Counted from the first letter of the stretch, positions 8,982-18,134 are shown. The stretch: 64,000 bases of DNA from Yoonia sp. (GCF_042093035.1 NZ_JBELFI010000001.1:13814-77813), one strand, 5' to 3'. Notes: generated by a model not told the origin, from the sequence alone. Numbers and translations: made by a program.

Positions 8982-10411
8982 AGCCTTTTGACTATTTCAT
9001 CATACTGGCGGGTATGCGCACAGGCTCTAACCTGCTTGAAGTCAACCTGAACGCGCTTGCAGGTGTCAGTTGCCATGGCGAGGCGTTCAACCCTTCTTTT
9101 GTGGGCGGTCCCAAGACGGACATGCTGTTGGGAGTTGATCTGGCAACGCGTGAAAACGACCCCACGGCGCTGCTTGAAAAGATCAAACAGAGCGATACTC
9201 TCGCCGGGTTTCGTTTCTTTCACGATCACGATCCGCGTATTCTCGACATCTGCTTGAACGACCGGCGCTGCGCCAAGATCATCCTGAGCCGCAATCCCGT
9301 CGATAGTTTTGTCAGCTGGAAAATCGCGCAGGCAACGGGGCAATGGAAGCTGACCAACGCGACAAAGACGAAGTCGCAGGTTGTCACCTTTGATGGGAAC
9401 GCATTCCGCGATCACGTTGACGCGCTCGGAGAGTTCCATTCAAAGCTGCGCCACAGACTGCAAACCACGGGGCAAGCGGTGTTTCATCTGCGGTATGATG
9501 ATTTGCGCGATGTGGATGTTCTCAATGGGCTCGCCGCTTATCTGGGTACCGACGCGCGGCTGTCCAACGTTGATAAGAAACTCAAGAAGCAGAACCCCGA
9601 ACCATTGCAGGACAGGGTCGCAAACTACGATGAGATGCGGCAGGCGCTGCATGAGATTGACCCCTTCAATCTCGACCATCTGCCGCAATTTGAACCGATG
9701 CGTGGGCCGGCAATCCCGACCTATGTTGCCGCACCGCAGTCGGCGCTGATGTACATGCCGCTCAGGTCTGGTCCTGATCGGGCTGTGATGGCGTGGTTGG
9801 CTGAATTGGACGGGATGGCGGTGGAAGAGCTGCTCACCCAGTTCTCACAGAGAACATTGCGAGCATGGCAAAGCCTGCACGGGCCGCATCGGCGCTTTGC
9901 TGTTGTCAGGCATCCACTGGCGCGTGCGCATGTGGCCTATTGTGATCGGATCGTCGGGCAAGGTGCGGCGCAATTGCCGGAGATCAGGGCGAACCTGCGC
10001 CGTGTACATGATCTGCGCATTCCCGCTGACGGGACCGATTTCACAGGGCGGGACGGCTATGACGTGGCCGCGCACGCGCAAGGATTTGCGGGTTTCCTCA
10101 GGTTCCTGCGCCATAATTTGGCGGGGCAGACCAGCATTCGCGTTGATCCATCATGGGCCAGTCAGAACGTCTTGTTGCAAGGCATGGCGCAGGTCGCCGC
10201 GCCTGATGCGGTTCTTCGCGAAGATGCATTGGCAACAGGATTGCCACATCTGGCGGCGCAAATCGGAATAACGGATTGTCCGGTTTGGACGGGCGGCGCG
10301 CACAAAAGGCAAACATGGTTGCGCGAAATCTATTCGCCGGAACTTGAGCGTGCAGCGCGTGACGCCTACGCGCAGGACTACCGTGTGTTCGGGTTCGAAA
10401 ACTGGACCTAG
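8978..10411 (+). CDS. Two-domain sulfotransferase-like protein (NodH/Stf0-like N-domain plus Sulfotransfer_2-like C-domain)
   Basis: The N-domain has FIILAGMRTGSNLLE, which resembles a PAPS 5'-phosphosulfate-binding loop. The C-domain has FAVVRHPLARAHVAYCDRI and a C-terminal ..AYAQDYRVFGFENW, typical of bacterial family-2 sulfotransferases. Its start overlaps the upstream stop (ATGA). Confidence 0.55.
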   Translation: MKPFDYFIILAGMRTGSNLLEVNLNALAGVSCHGEAFNPSFVGGPKTDMLLGVDLATRENDPTALLEKIKQSDTLAGFRFFHDHDPRILDICLNDRRCAKIILSRNPVDSFVSWKIAQATGQWKLTNATKTKSQVVTFDGNAFRDHVDALGEFHSKLRHRLQTTGQAVFHLRYDDLRDVDVLNGLAAYLGTDARLSNVDKKLKKQNPEPLQDRVANYDEMRQALHEIDPFNLDHLPQFEPMRGPAIPTYVAAPQSALMYMPLRSGPDRAVMAWLAELDGMAVEELLTQFSQRTLRAWQSLHGPHRRFAVVRHPLARAHVAYCDRIVGQGAAQLPEIRANLRRVHDLRIPADGTDFTGRDGYDVAAHAQGFAGFLRFLRHNLAGQTSIRVDPSWASQNVLLQGMAQVAAPDAVLREDALATGLPHLAAQIGITDCPVWTGGAHKRQTWLREIYSPELERAARDAYAQDYRVFGFENWT

Positions 10412-10872
10412 GCGGCCTGTGACGCGTGAATTTCGGTCAGAATCGTGTGCAGCGTACCGGCGTCCGTATTCGCCCGCAGCTTTGAACAGATACCGTCATG
10501 GCGCAATGTGCGCGACACAAGTGCGAGCGCCTTGAGATGGTCAGCGCCGGCTTTTTCCGGCGCCAGCAGTGCAAAAACCAGATCGACGGGCTGGCGGTCA
10601 ACAGCCTCAAAGTTCAGTGGTTTTTCAAGTCGCAGGAACAAGCCAACGACATGGTCAAGCTCTGGCAGGCGTGCGTGGGGCAGCGCAATGCCCTGCCCAA
10701 CGCCTGTCGGTCCGAGATTTTCGCGCTCGATCAGCGCGTCAACGACAGAAGTCGCGTCCAAGCCATAAGCAGAACTGGCAAGTTCACCCAGATCGTGGAA
10801 AAGCCGCTTTTTGCTTGTGCATGATGAAATCGTCTTTACCGCATCCTGCTTCAAGATAGTGCCAAGCTGCAT
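10408..10872 (-). CDS. ptsN: PTS IIA-like nitrogen regulatory protein PtsN (EIIA-Ntr)
   Basis: Has the GQGIALPHARL phosphorylation-site motif and sits downstream of hpf. The internal ATG at 10872 (MQLGTILKQD...) is preferred over the longer ORF start. Confidence 0.85.
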   Translation of the reverse strand: MQLGTILKQDAVKTISSCTSKKRLFHDLGELASSAYGLDATSVVDALIERENLGPTGVGQGIALPHARLPELDHVVGLFLRLEKPLNFEAVDRQPVDLVFALLAPEKAGADHLKALALVSRTLRHDGICSKLRANTDAGTLHTILTEIHASQAA

Positions 10873-10900
10873 CAGATCTGTCTTTCTTAGGGGGCAGCGC

Positions 10901-11476
10901 CTAGCCCGAAGATTTCGGGTCGACCCAGCCAATATTTCCATCATCGCGCCGGTAAACGACGTTCAGCTCGCTGTTCTTTTCGTTCCTGAATACCAGAACA
11001 GGAGCACTCGCTAGTTCCATCTGCATGACGGCTTCGCCAACCGACAATGAAGGGATCTTTGCTTCCATCTCAGCGACAATGATCGGCGCGCCGTCGTCTT
11101 GCCCTGAGTCGTCAGTCTCATCCCTTGATTCAAGGATATATGAGCCTGCGTCCGAAAGTTCAACCGGTTGCGAGCGCTCTTTATGGTGGTCCTTCAAGCG
11201 ACGCTTATACCGTCTAAGTTGTTTATCCATCTTCTCGGAGCTGGCGTCAAAGGCGGCATAAATTTCCGTCGCCTTTCCAGTCGCTTGTGCGTTCAGTCCA
11301 GTGGAAAGATGCACAACGGACTCGCAGATATATTCATGAGCGGACTTGGAGAAAACCACATAGGCCTCGGTCGGTCGGCCTGCATACTTGCTTAGGATTT
11401 CTTCCAATTCGGTCTTCACATGCGTTTGCAGAGCTTCGCCAATATCGATCTGTTTTCCGCTGATTTGGTAACGCAT
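10901..11476 (-). CDS. hpf: Ribosome hibernation promoting factor (long HPF / sigma-54 modulation protein family)
   Basis: MRYQISGKQIDIGEALQTHV... followed by a C-terminal dimerisation extension; 191 aa. Confidence 0.9.
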   Translation of the reverse strand: MRYQISGKQIDIGEALQTHVKTELEEILSKYAGRPTEAYVVFSKSAHEYICESVVHLSTGLNAQATGKATEIYAAFDASSEKMDKQLRRYKRRLKDHHKERSQPVELSDAGSYILESRDETDDSGQDDGAPIIVAEMEAKIPSLSVGEAVMQMELASAPVLVFRNEKNSELNVVYRRDDGNIGWVDPKSSG

Positions 11477-11711
11477 CGTATCTCCTTTATTGGGTCATGG
11501 GACATCGTGACGGCACAGCCAAGGGCTGTTTGGCGTCAAAGTCTCAAAGTCGGTTATTTTGATAACGCGCTGAAATCATTTCTCTTATCCGATAGCTCTG
11601 GCGGGAGGCCAGCATAGCTGCGGGGAAAGAAGTCAGTTTCGTCATCAAGGGTATTTGGCGTCAGATTGCCAGCGCTTGTCAATGATCCTCGGGGCGCTCT
11701 GACCAAAAGAA

Positions 11712-12473
11712 TCAGTTCACGCGGAAATTATTTCCCAAATAGACGCGCCGCACATTGTCGTCGCGGATGACTTCCTGCGTTGTGCCGCTCATCAAGACTT
11801 TGCCATCATGCAGAATATAGGCCCGGTCCACAATTTGCAGGGTTTCCTGTACGTTGTGATCCGTGATGAGCACACCGATTCCGCGGTTTTTGAGGTCCGC
11901 AACGAGGTGACGGATCTCGCCCACGGCAATCGGGTCAACACCGGCAAAAGGTTCGTCCAGCAGGACATATTTCGGACCGGAAGCCAGACAGCGTGCGATC
12001 TCAACCCGCCGTCGTTCACCACCCGACAGCGCCATTGCAGACGCACGCCGCAGGTGTTCGATTGAAAACTCCGACAGCAGCTCTTCCAGCCGTTTGGCAC
12101 GTTCATGCCAGTCGGGGACTGCGATTTCGAGGATCGACATAATGTTGTCCTCGACACTCATGCCGCGGAAGATCGACATCTCTTGCGGCAGATAGCCAAT
12201 GCCCAACTGCGCCCGACGGTACATTGGCAAAGCCGTGACATCCCGCCCGTCAATCACGACCCGTCCCCCTTCCGGTGTCACCAACCCTGCAATCGCATAG
12301 AAGCACGTCGTTTTGCCTGATCCGTTCGGCCCGAGCAACGCAACAACTTCGCCGCGTCCAAGCTCAATGCTCACGTCCCGAATGACGGGCCGCTTGCGAT
12401 AGCTTTTGCGCAGGTTGACAATTTGCAGACCGGCATCGCCGTCTTGAATATGCAAGGTGGGCCTGGTGGTCAT
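11712..12473 (-). CDS. lptB: LPS export ABC transporter ATP-binding protein LptB
   Basis: Walker A GPNGSGKTT, signature LSGGERRRVEIAR, and the conserved lptC-lptA-lptB order. Confidence 0.9.
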   Translation of the reverse strand: MTTRPTLHIQDGDAGLQIVNLRKSYRKRPVIRDVSIELGRGEVVALLGPNGSGKTTCFYAIAGLVTPEGGRVVIDGRDVTALPMYRRAQLGIGYLPQEMSIFRGMSVEDNIMSILEIAVPDWHERAKRLEELLSEFSIEHLRRASAMALSGGERRRVEIARCLASGPKYVLLDEPFAGVDPIAVGEIRHLVADLKNRGIGVLITDHNVQETLQIVDRAYILHDGKVLMSGTTQEVIRDDNVRRVYLGNNFRVN

Positions 12474-12952
12474 TCGTCGCCACCTTGTTGCAACACAGTA
12501 CGCACGCGCCCTTGCATCGTGGCTGTGCCGTCGGTGACATTGATCCGCATTTCTTGCGCGGAAATGGCGCTGGCCCCTTGTGTCAGCAACACATCCCCCG
12601 ACAGCAAAAGCAGGCCAGTGGTGACATCATAATTCGCCTCTTGCGCTTCTGCGGCCTCGGTTGCGGTCACGAAGGTCACCCCGCCAGAGGCCAAAAGCCG
12701 TGCGATTTGTGCGGTGCTATCGCCATAGACGACCTCAACCCGCCCCGCGGTGATACGCAAGTCGCCCTGACCAATCGCCACGGATCCTTCGAAAACGGCC
12801 GTCCCGCTGTCCTGATCGACAACCAGATTATCGGCCACGACCTCGATCGCGGCGGCGGTGTCCACACTCAGCCCACCCAACGCGATGTTGCTTTGCGCGG
12901 CGGCTGCGGTGGCCATCAAAAGCCCAAAGCTGAAAACGATCAAACGGTGCAT
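12470..12952 (-). CDS. lptA: LPS transport periplasmic protein LptA (OstA-like)
   Basis: Signal peptide followed by a beta-rich OstA-like repeat pattern. Sits between lptC and lptB, and its stop overlaps the lptB start. Confidence 0.75.
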   Translation of the reverse strand: MHRLIVFSFGLLMATAAAAQSNIALGGLSVDTAAAIEVVADNLVVDQDSGTAVFEGSVAIGQGDLRITAGRVEVVYGDSTAQIARLLASGGVTFVTATEAAEAQEANYDVTTGLLLLSGDVLLTQGASAISAQEMRINVTDGTATMQGRVRTVLQQGGDE

Positions 12953-12969
12953 CGGTGGGCGTCCTTGGG

Positions 12970-13572
12970 TTACGGGTCTTGGGGGGTATATAGCAGGCGG
13001 ACGCCATTGGTGAATAGCATCTGTTGTCCGCGGGTCTCTGACGCGGGCTCAAACGTGACGCTGCCAGCGGTAAGTTGGCCAAAGGGCGCCCGAATTTCCA
13101 GCAGCCCTTCAGAGGTGATCCGGCCTGTTCCAAGCTCTGCTGTCAGGCCGTTCGTTTCCAATTCATAGCCGGTGGAGGTTTCCAATCGCGCAAGTCCAAG
13201 AAAGCTGGCGATCTGGGCGCGCCCGTCAACCTCTCCTTGCACGGCGGCGATATTCAGCACGCGCCCCTGCGGTGTGTTTAGCCGCAGACTGATATCGTCC
13301 ACCTGCACAGTATCGGGGCGCATATCGTCCGGCTGCGCGGATTTCGCGGCAATGACGATAATGCTGCCATCGTCGGTCACGCCTGAAAACTCCGGGGCCG
13401 TCACCTGCTGCGCGCGTGCGATTTCCTCTGCGCGCGCCAAGGCTTCGGTGTCGATGTCATTGGCGCCCCGCGCAAAAAGGAACAGCGTCGACAAAAGCGC
13501 CAGGGCGCAGAGCGGCAGAATGATCTTGGCCCAGCCGACCATTTGCGAATGCAGGTTGTCCGCACCGCCCAC
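12970..13572 (-). CDS. lptC: LPS export system protein LptC
   Basis: A single N-terminal transmembrane helix followed by a beta-rich domain. Positioned upstream of lptA and downstream of kdsD. Confidence 0.65.
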   Translation of the reverse strand: MGGADNLHSQMVGWAKIILPLCALALLSTLFLFARGANDIDTEALARAEEIARAQQVTAPEFSGVTDDGSIIVIAAKSAQPDDMRPDTVQVDDISLRLNTPQGRVLNIAAVQGEVDGRAQIASFLGLARLETSTGYELETNGLTAELGTGRITSEGLLEIRAPFGQLTAGSVTFEPASETRGQQMLFTNGVRLLYTPQDP

Positions 13573-13574
13573 CG

Positions 13575-14543
13575 CTAAACGATACCGGCACGCAGGCAGT
13601 CGTGAATATGCAGCACTCCAGCGACCCGACGGTCACCGTCTGGATCAACAGCAAAGAGGCAGGTGATTGTTCTTGCGTTCATCACGGCAAGTGCCTCCTC
13701 AGCCAGTGCGTTGGGGTTCACCGTTGCCGGCCCCTTTGTCATCACCTCTTGGGCGGTATGACCAAGAAGCCCGGCCATATGCCGCCGCAAGTCACCATCC
13801 GTCACAATTCCGACCAGCGCCTGCGTTTCGTCCACAACCCCGACAACTCCGAAGCCCTTTTGACTGATCGTCAGAAGCGTCTCGGTCATCGGGGTATCAA
13901 CTGCCACCAACGGGATCGCATCACCTGTATGCATCAGGTCCGACACTTTGGAGAGTTGTGCACCCAACTTGCCGCCCGGATGGAAATCGCGGAAATTTTC
14001 GGGCGTGAAAGAGCGGTGCTCCATCAACGCGACAGCAAGCGCATCACCCAAAGCCAATGTCATCGTGGTCGAGGTTGTGGGGACCACGCCTGTGCCACAG
14101 GCTTCACCCAGGCTGGGCAAAACGAGCGCCACATCCGCGCGCGTCAACAAGGTGCTATGCGGCTTGCTTGCTACCCCGATCATCGGGATCGAGAAGCGTC
14201 TGGTGTAGGCCACCAGATCAGCCAACTCAGGCGTTTCGCCGGAATTGGACAGCACAAGCACCACGTCACCGCGTGTCATCATACCCAAGTCGCCGTGGCT
14301 CGCCTCTGCGGGATGCACGAAATGCGCGGGCGTGCCGGTGCTGGCAAAAGTCGCGGCGATCTTGCGCGCGATGTGCCCTGACTTGCCCATGCCAGTGACG
14401 ATGACCCGTCCTTTGACATCAAGCAGCAATGCCACCGCCTGCGCAAAGCTGTCATTCAACCCGTCTGACAGCGTATGCAGCGCTTGCGCCTCTTGGGTGA
14501 TGACGCGCTTGGCCGAGGCCAGGAATTTTTGATGATCTGTCAT
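13575..14543 (-). CDS. kdsD: Arabinose-5-phosphate isomerase (KdsD/KpsF; SIS plus tandem CBS domains)
   Basis: SIS motif VIVTGMGKSGHIARKIAATFASTGTPA and C-terminal CBS-like repeats; 322 aa. Confidence 0.9.
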   Translation of the reverse strand: MTDHQKFLASAKRVITQEAQALHTLSDGLNDSFAQAVALLLDVKGRVIVTGMGKSGHIARKIAATFASTGTPAHFVHPAEASHGDLGMMTRGDVVLVLSNSGETPELADLVAYTRRFSIPMIGVASKPHSTLLTRADVALVLPSLGEACGTGVVPTTSTTMTLALGDALAVALMEHRSFTPENFRDFHPGGKLGAQLSKVSDLMHTGDAIPLVAVDTPMTETLLTISQKGFGVVGVVDETQALVGIVTDGDLRRHMAGLLGHTAQEVMTKGPATVNPNALAEEALAVMNARTITCLFAVDPDGDRRVAGVLHIHDCLRAGIV

Positions 14544-14546
14544 GGT

Positions 14547-15158
14547 TTAATGCGAAAAAATATCGGTTTCGGGCCAGCCCGCAAGATCAAGCTGCGCGCG
14601 CATGGGCAGGAAGTCAAAGCAGGCCTGCGCCATGTCTGTTCGCCCTTCACGGGCGAGGATGGCGTCGAACCTGTCCTTGAGTTGATGCAGATAAAGAACG
14701 TCAGATGCCGCATAATCAAGCTGTGCCGCGGTCAGGGTTTCAGCGCCCCAATCGCTTTGCTGCTGATGCTTTGAGATATCGACGCCAGCCATATCCTGCA
14801 GAAGTGTCTTCAAGCCGTGACGGTCTGTGAAGGTCCGCACCAATTTGGATGCGATCTTGGTGCAATAGACAGGCGCTGTGACTGCACCAAACGCATTCAA
14901 CAAAGCCGCGATATCAAAACGCCCGAAGTGAAACAGTTTTAGCACGTCAGGGTTTTCCAGCATCGCGCACAGGTTCGGCGCGCTGGTCTGACCCTTGCTG
15001 ACCTGCACAAGATGGCATTCGCCGTCACCGCCGGACATCTGGATCAGGCAAAGTCGGTCACGATGCGGGTTCAGGCCCATGGTTTCGCAATCAATCGCCA
15101 CAATCGGCCCAAGGTCCAACCCATCGGGGAGGTCGTTTTTATAAAGGTGGTTCGCCAT
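14547..15158 (-). CDS. 3'-5' exonuclease (RNase D-like DEDD domain protein)
   Basis: VAIDCETMGL and YAASDVLYLH match DEDDy exonuclease motifs. ATG at 15158 is preferred over the TTG at 15176. Confidence 0.75.
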   Translation of the reverse strand: MANHLYKNDLPDGLDLGPIVAIDCETMGLNPHRDRLCLIQMSGGDGECHLVQVSKGQTSAPNLCAMLENPDVLKLFHFGRFDIAALLNAFGAVTAPVYCTKIASKLVRTFTDRHGLKTLLQDMAGVDISKHQQQSDWGAETLTAAQLDYAASDVLYLHQLKDRFDAILAREGRTDMAQACFDFLPMRAQLDLAGWPETDIFSH

Positions 15159-15224
15159 GATGGGTCCTTTTTTCAAGCGGTTGAGGATCAGATACGGTGT
15201 GCGGGTACAATCCTCAAGGTTGGT

Positions 15225-15821
15225 TTACAATAAAGCGGTCAAGGCGTGGCAGCGCGCAGTATAGTCATCGCGGACCTCAACAGGTGGGCGCAGCTTGATA
15301 TGAAGCCGCTCTGCGAGGGTCGGGTCTTGCCTGCCGAAGAACTTGTTTGCCTCCGCCTCGGTGAAGCCCGCGATCTGCACGGCCTCAAGCCAAGCCGACA
15401 GCTTATCCGCCTTCTTGATCTGCTTTTTGATGGTTATGGGGATCTGCGCGGGAAGCCCGAACCGCAGATGGATCGCGGCGGTCAAACGGTCATCAAGCTC
15501 ACCATATCCGGGGCCAACGGCGGCTTTCACGGGGCTTATCATGTCGCCGATCACATATTCAGGTGCATCATGCAAAAGCGCCGCAAGCTGCCATTTGACC
15601 GGAGCATTCGGGTGCTGCTGCGCAAAAATATCTGTGACGAGCAGGGAATGTTCCGCAACGGAGTAGGCAAAATCACCCTTGGTCTGCCCGTTCCAGCGCG
15701 CCACAAATGCGAGCCCATGGGCGATGTCCTCGATCTCGATATCCATCGGGGTCGGGTCGAGCAGATCAAGCCTGCGTCCCGACAGCATCCGCTGCCATGC
15801 TCTTGGTTGGGGTTTGGTCAT
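15225..15821 (-). CDS. HD-domain phosphohydrolase (YfbR-like)
   Basis: Has VAEHSL and LLHDAPEYVIGD, which are HD-motif residues; 198 aa. Confidence 0.7.
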   Translation of the reverse strand: MTKPQPRAWQRMLSGRRLDLLDPTPMDIEIEDIAHGLAFVARWNGQTKGDFAYSVAEHSLLVTDIFAQQHPNAPVKWQLAALLHDAPEYVIGDMISPVKAAVGPGYGELDDRLTAAIHLRFGLPAQIPITIKKQIKKADKLSAWLEAVQIAGFTEAEANKFFGRQDPTLAERLHIKLRPPVEVRDDYTARCHALTALL

Positions 15822-16017
15822 TTATGAACCTGCTGTGTTTGGGCGTCCGGTTTGCATAAAACGCCCGCGCGCCTGCGTAAACCGTGAAGCGTTTTTGATG
15901 CGTTAGGGAATTGCCTTTACTGAGGTGGAAATCCCTGCGGCAATGCTCCCATTGTCGCGCGGCGTTGGCCCTGCTATGAGGCCGCAAACAAGGTTAACCG
16001 CGCCGCAGGAGGCCGCT

Positions 16018-17403
16018 ATGCAAGATTACATCGTCAAAGATATTAACCTCGCCGCCTATGGCCGCAAGGAACTCGACATAGCCGAAACCGAAATGCCGGG
16101 CCTGATGGCGCTGCGCGAAGAATATGGTGACAAACAGCCGTTGAAGGGCGCGCGGATTGTCGGCTCGCTGCATATGACGATCCAGACGGCGGTTTTGATC
16201 GAAACACTGAACGCGCTTGGTGCTGATGTGCGCTGGGCGTCATGCAACATCTTTTCCACACAAGACCACGCTGCTGCGGCGATTGCCAAAGGCGGCACGC
16301 CTGTTTTCGCGATCAAAGGCCAGACGCTGGAAGAGCATTGGGATTATCTTGATAAATCCTTCATGTTCGCCGACGGCCCGAACATGATTTTGGACGATGG
16401 TGGCGATGCCACGCTTTACGTCCTGCTGGGTGCCCGCGCTGAAGCTGGCGAAGACATCATTTCTGTCCCGCAATCTGAAGAAGAAGCGGTGATCAAGGAG
16501 CAGATCAAAAAGCGCATGGCGGCCAGCCCCGGTTGGTTCACCAAGACACGCGATGCGATCAAAGGCGTGTCTGAGGAAACGACAACAGGCGTGCATCGCC
16601 TTTATGATCTGCATAAGAACGGCCAATTGCCGTTCCCTGCGATCAATGTGAATGACAGCGTGACCAAGTCGAAGTTCGACAACAAATACGGCTGTAAGGA
16701 ATCGCTCGTGGACGGCATCCGCCGCGCGACCGACACGATGATGGCCGGTAAGGTCGCGGTTGTCTGTGGCTATGGCGATGTGGGCAAAGGCTCTGCGGCA
16801 TCTTTGGCAGGCGCTGGCGCGCGTGTGAAAGTCACGGAGGTCGACCCGATCTGCGCGCTTCAGGCCGCGATGGATGGTTTCGAAGTTGTGGTGCTGGAGG
16901 ACGTGCTCGACAGCGCAGATGTGTTTATCACAACAACCGGCAACAAAGACGTCATCCGGATTGAGCACATGCGCGAGATGAAGGATATGGCGATTGTTGG
17001 CAACATCGGCCACTTCGACAATGAAATTCAGGTCGCCGCACTCAAGAACCACAAGTGGACCAACATCAAAGAACAGGTCGACATGATCGAGATGCCATCT
17101 GGCAACCGTCTGATCCTGCTGTCTGAGGGGCGTTTGTTGAATCTCGGGAACGCGACCGGTCACCCGTCGTTTGTGATGTCCGCATCTTTCACCAATCAGG
17201 TGCTGGCGCAGATGGAGCTCTGGAATAACGCGGAAGCCTATGAAATCGGCGTGCATATCCTGCCCAAACATCTGGATGAAAAAGTGGCGCGTCTGCACCT
17301 TGCGCGGATTGGTGTCAAACTGACCGAGCTCAAGAAAGAGCAAGCGGATTATATCGGCGTGACCGTCGAAGGCCCTTTCAAGCCAGAGCATTACCGCTAC
17401 TAA
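16018..17403 (+). CDS. ahcY: Adenosylhomocysteinase
   Basis: [37 protein letters not shown]... plus the NAD-binding [15 protein letters not shown] at 16018 follows AGGAGG. The ORF track's upstream extension is not supported. Confidence 0.95.
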   Translation: MQDYIVKDINLAAYGRKELDIAETEMPGLMALREEYGDKQPLKGARIVGSLHMTIQTAVLIETLNALGADVRWASCNIFSTQDHAAAAIAKGGTPVFAIKGQTLEEHWDYLDKSFMFADGPNMILDDGGDATLYVLLGARAEAGEDIISVPQSEEEAVIKEQIKKRMAASPGWFTKTRDAIKGVSEETTTGVHRLYDLHKNGQLPFPAINVNDSVTKSKFDNKYGCKESLVDGIRRATDTMMAGKVAVVCGYGDVGKGSAASLAGAGARVKVTEVDPICALQAAMDGFEVVVLEDVLDSADVFITTTGNKDVIRIEHMREMKDMAIVGNIGHFDNEIQVAALKNHKWTNIKEQVDMIEMPSGNRLILLSEGRLLNLGNATGHPSFVMSASFTNQVLAQMELWNNAEAYEIGVHILPKHLDEKVARLHLARIGVKLTELKKEQADYIGVTVEGPFKPEHYRY

Positions 17404-17468
17404 ACGCCGATGCGGCACAGCCAATTGTAAGCGACGCAGAATGCCGCGCGGCAAATGGACGAGAAATC

Positions 17469-17506
17469 AAAACGCAGTTGGGCTCATGGCCTAGCTGCGT
17501 TTTTTT
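17469..17506 (+). terminator. Rho-independent terminator downstream of ahcY
   Basis: aaaacgcag...ctgcgtttt stem with an extended inner helix, followed by a T-run (17500-17506). Confidence 0.7.
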
Positions 17507-17792
17507 ATGATGGCGCTTGGCAGGTGATGCGGTCTGCCACCGGAGCGACCATACTTTATCGCTGGAAAACAACAGACTGCACGCCAACCAAGTCAATCTG
17601 CAATCATCTGGTTGGAACTTATGCCGCTGATTTGAGGTGCCTTGCTGCTATTGAAAAACCGATCCCTTAGCGAAAGATCGCCGTGCCATCGGCTTTTTTC
17701 TTTACGTTTTGTCACCTCTCACTTTAACTTGCGCCCAACGCGGTGAAACTGACCGTGTCTTGAACAAGAAATCTAGCAACGGGGACAATCCA

Positions 17793-18134
17793 ATGGGTAA
17801 AAGAGACGATTTGATCGCGAAATATGCAGACGACCTGAAAAATAAATGCGGTATGACAGCAGATATGGACCTTTTGACAAAGGTCACGATTGGCTGTGGT
17901 CCGGCAATCTACAACGCGGATGCCGCGACCGTGGCTGGAAGCCAGCCTAGTGAATTGGAAACTGTCAAAAACAACTTCCTCATCAAGAAACTCGGCCTCA
18001 AGGACAGCCCGGAGCTTGATAGCGCGATTGCCTCCGCGCTGAACACATATGGCCAGTCGGAGCGGAACAAATATCGCGCTGTGGTCTACTACATGCTGAC
18101 AAAGCATTTCGGCAAGGAAGCCATCTACGGCTAA
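17793..18134 (+). CDS. Small conserved protein of unknown function (DUF2853-like)
   Basis: MGKRDDLIAKYADDLKNKCGMTADMDLLTKVTIGCGPAIYN... is recognised from memory as the DUF2853 family. ATG at 17793 is preferred. Confidence 0.55.
   Translation: MGKRDDLIAKYADDLKNKCGMTADMDLLTKVTIGCGPAIYNADAATVAGSQPSELETVKNNFLIKKLGLKDSPELDSAIASALNTYGQSERNKYRAVVYYMLTKHFGKEAIYG

Noticed and set aside
15830-16017. Canonical SAH riboswitch upstream of ahcY
   Set aside because: I looked for the conserved AGGAGCGCUGC / CAGGCUC / ACGGCGCUC-type blocks as I remember them and could not find them. Only generic helices are present. The region is kept as a low-interest structured leader pending an Infernal search.
16240-17454. 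404 aa minus-strand ORF
   Set aside because: It is antisense to ahcY over its entire length. The composition is Arg/His-rich and shows no domain signature, so it is a shadow ORF.
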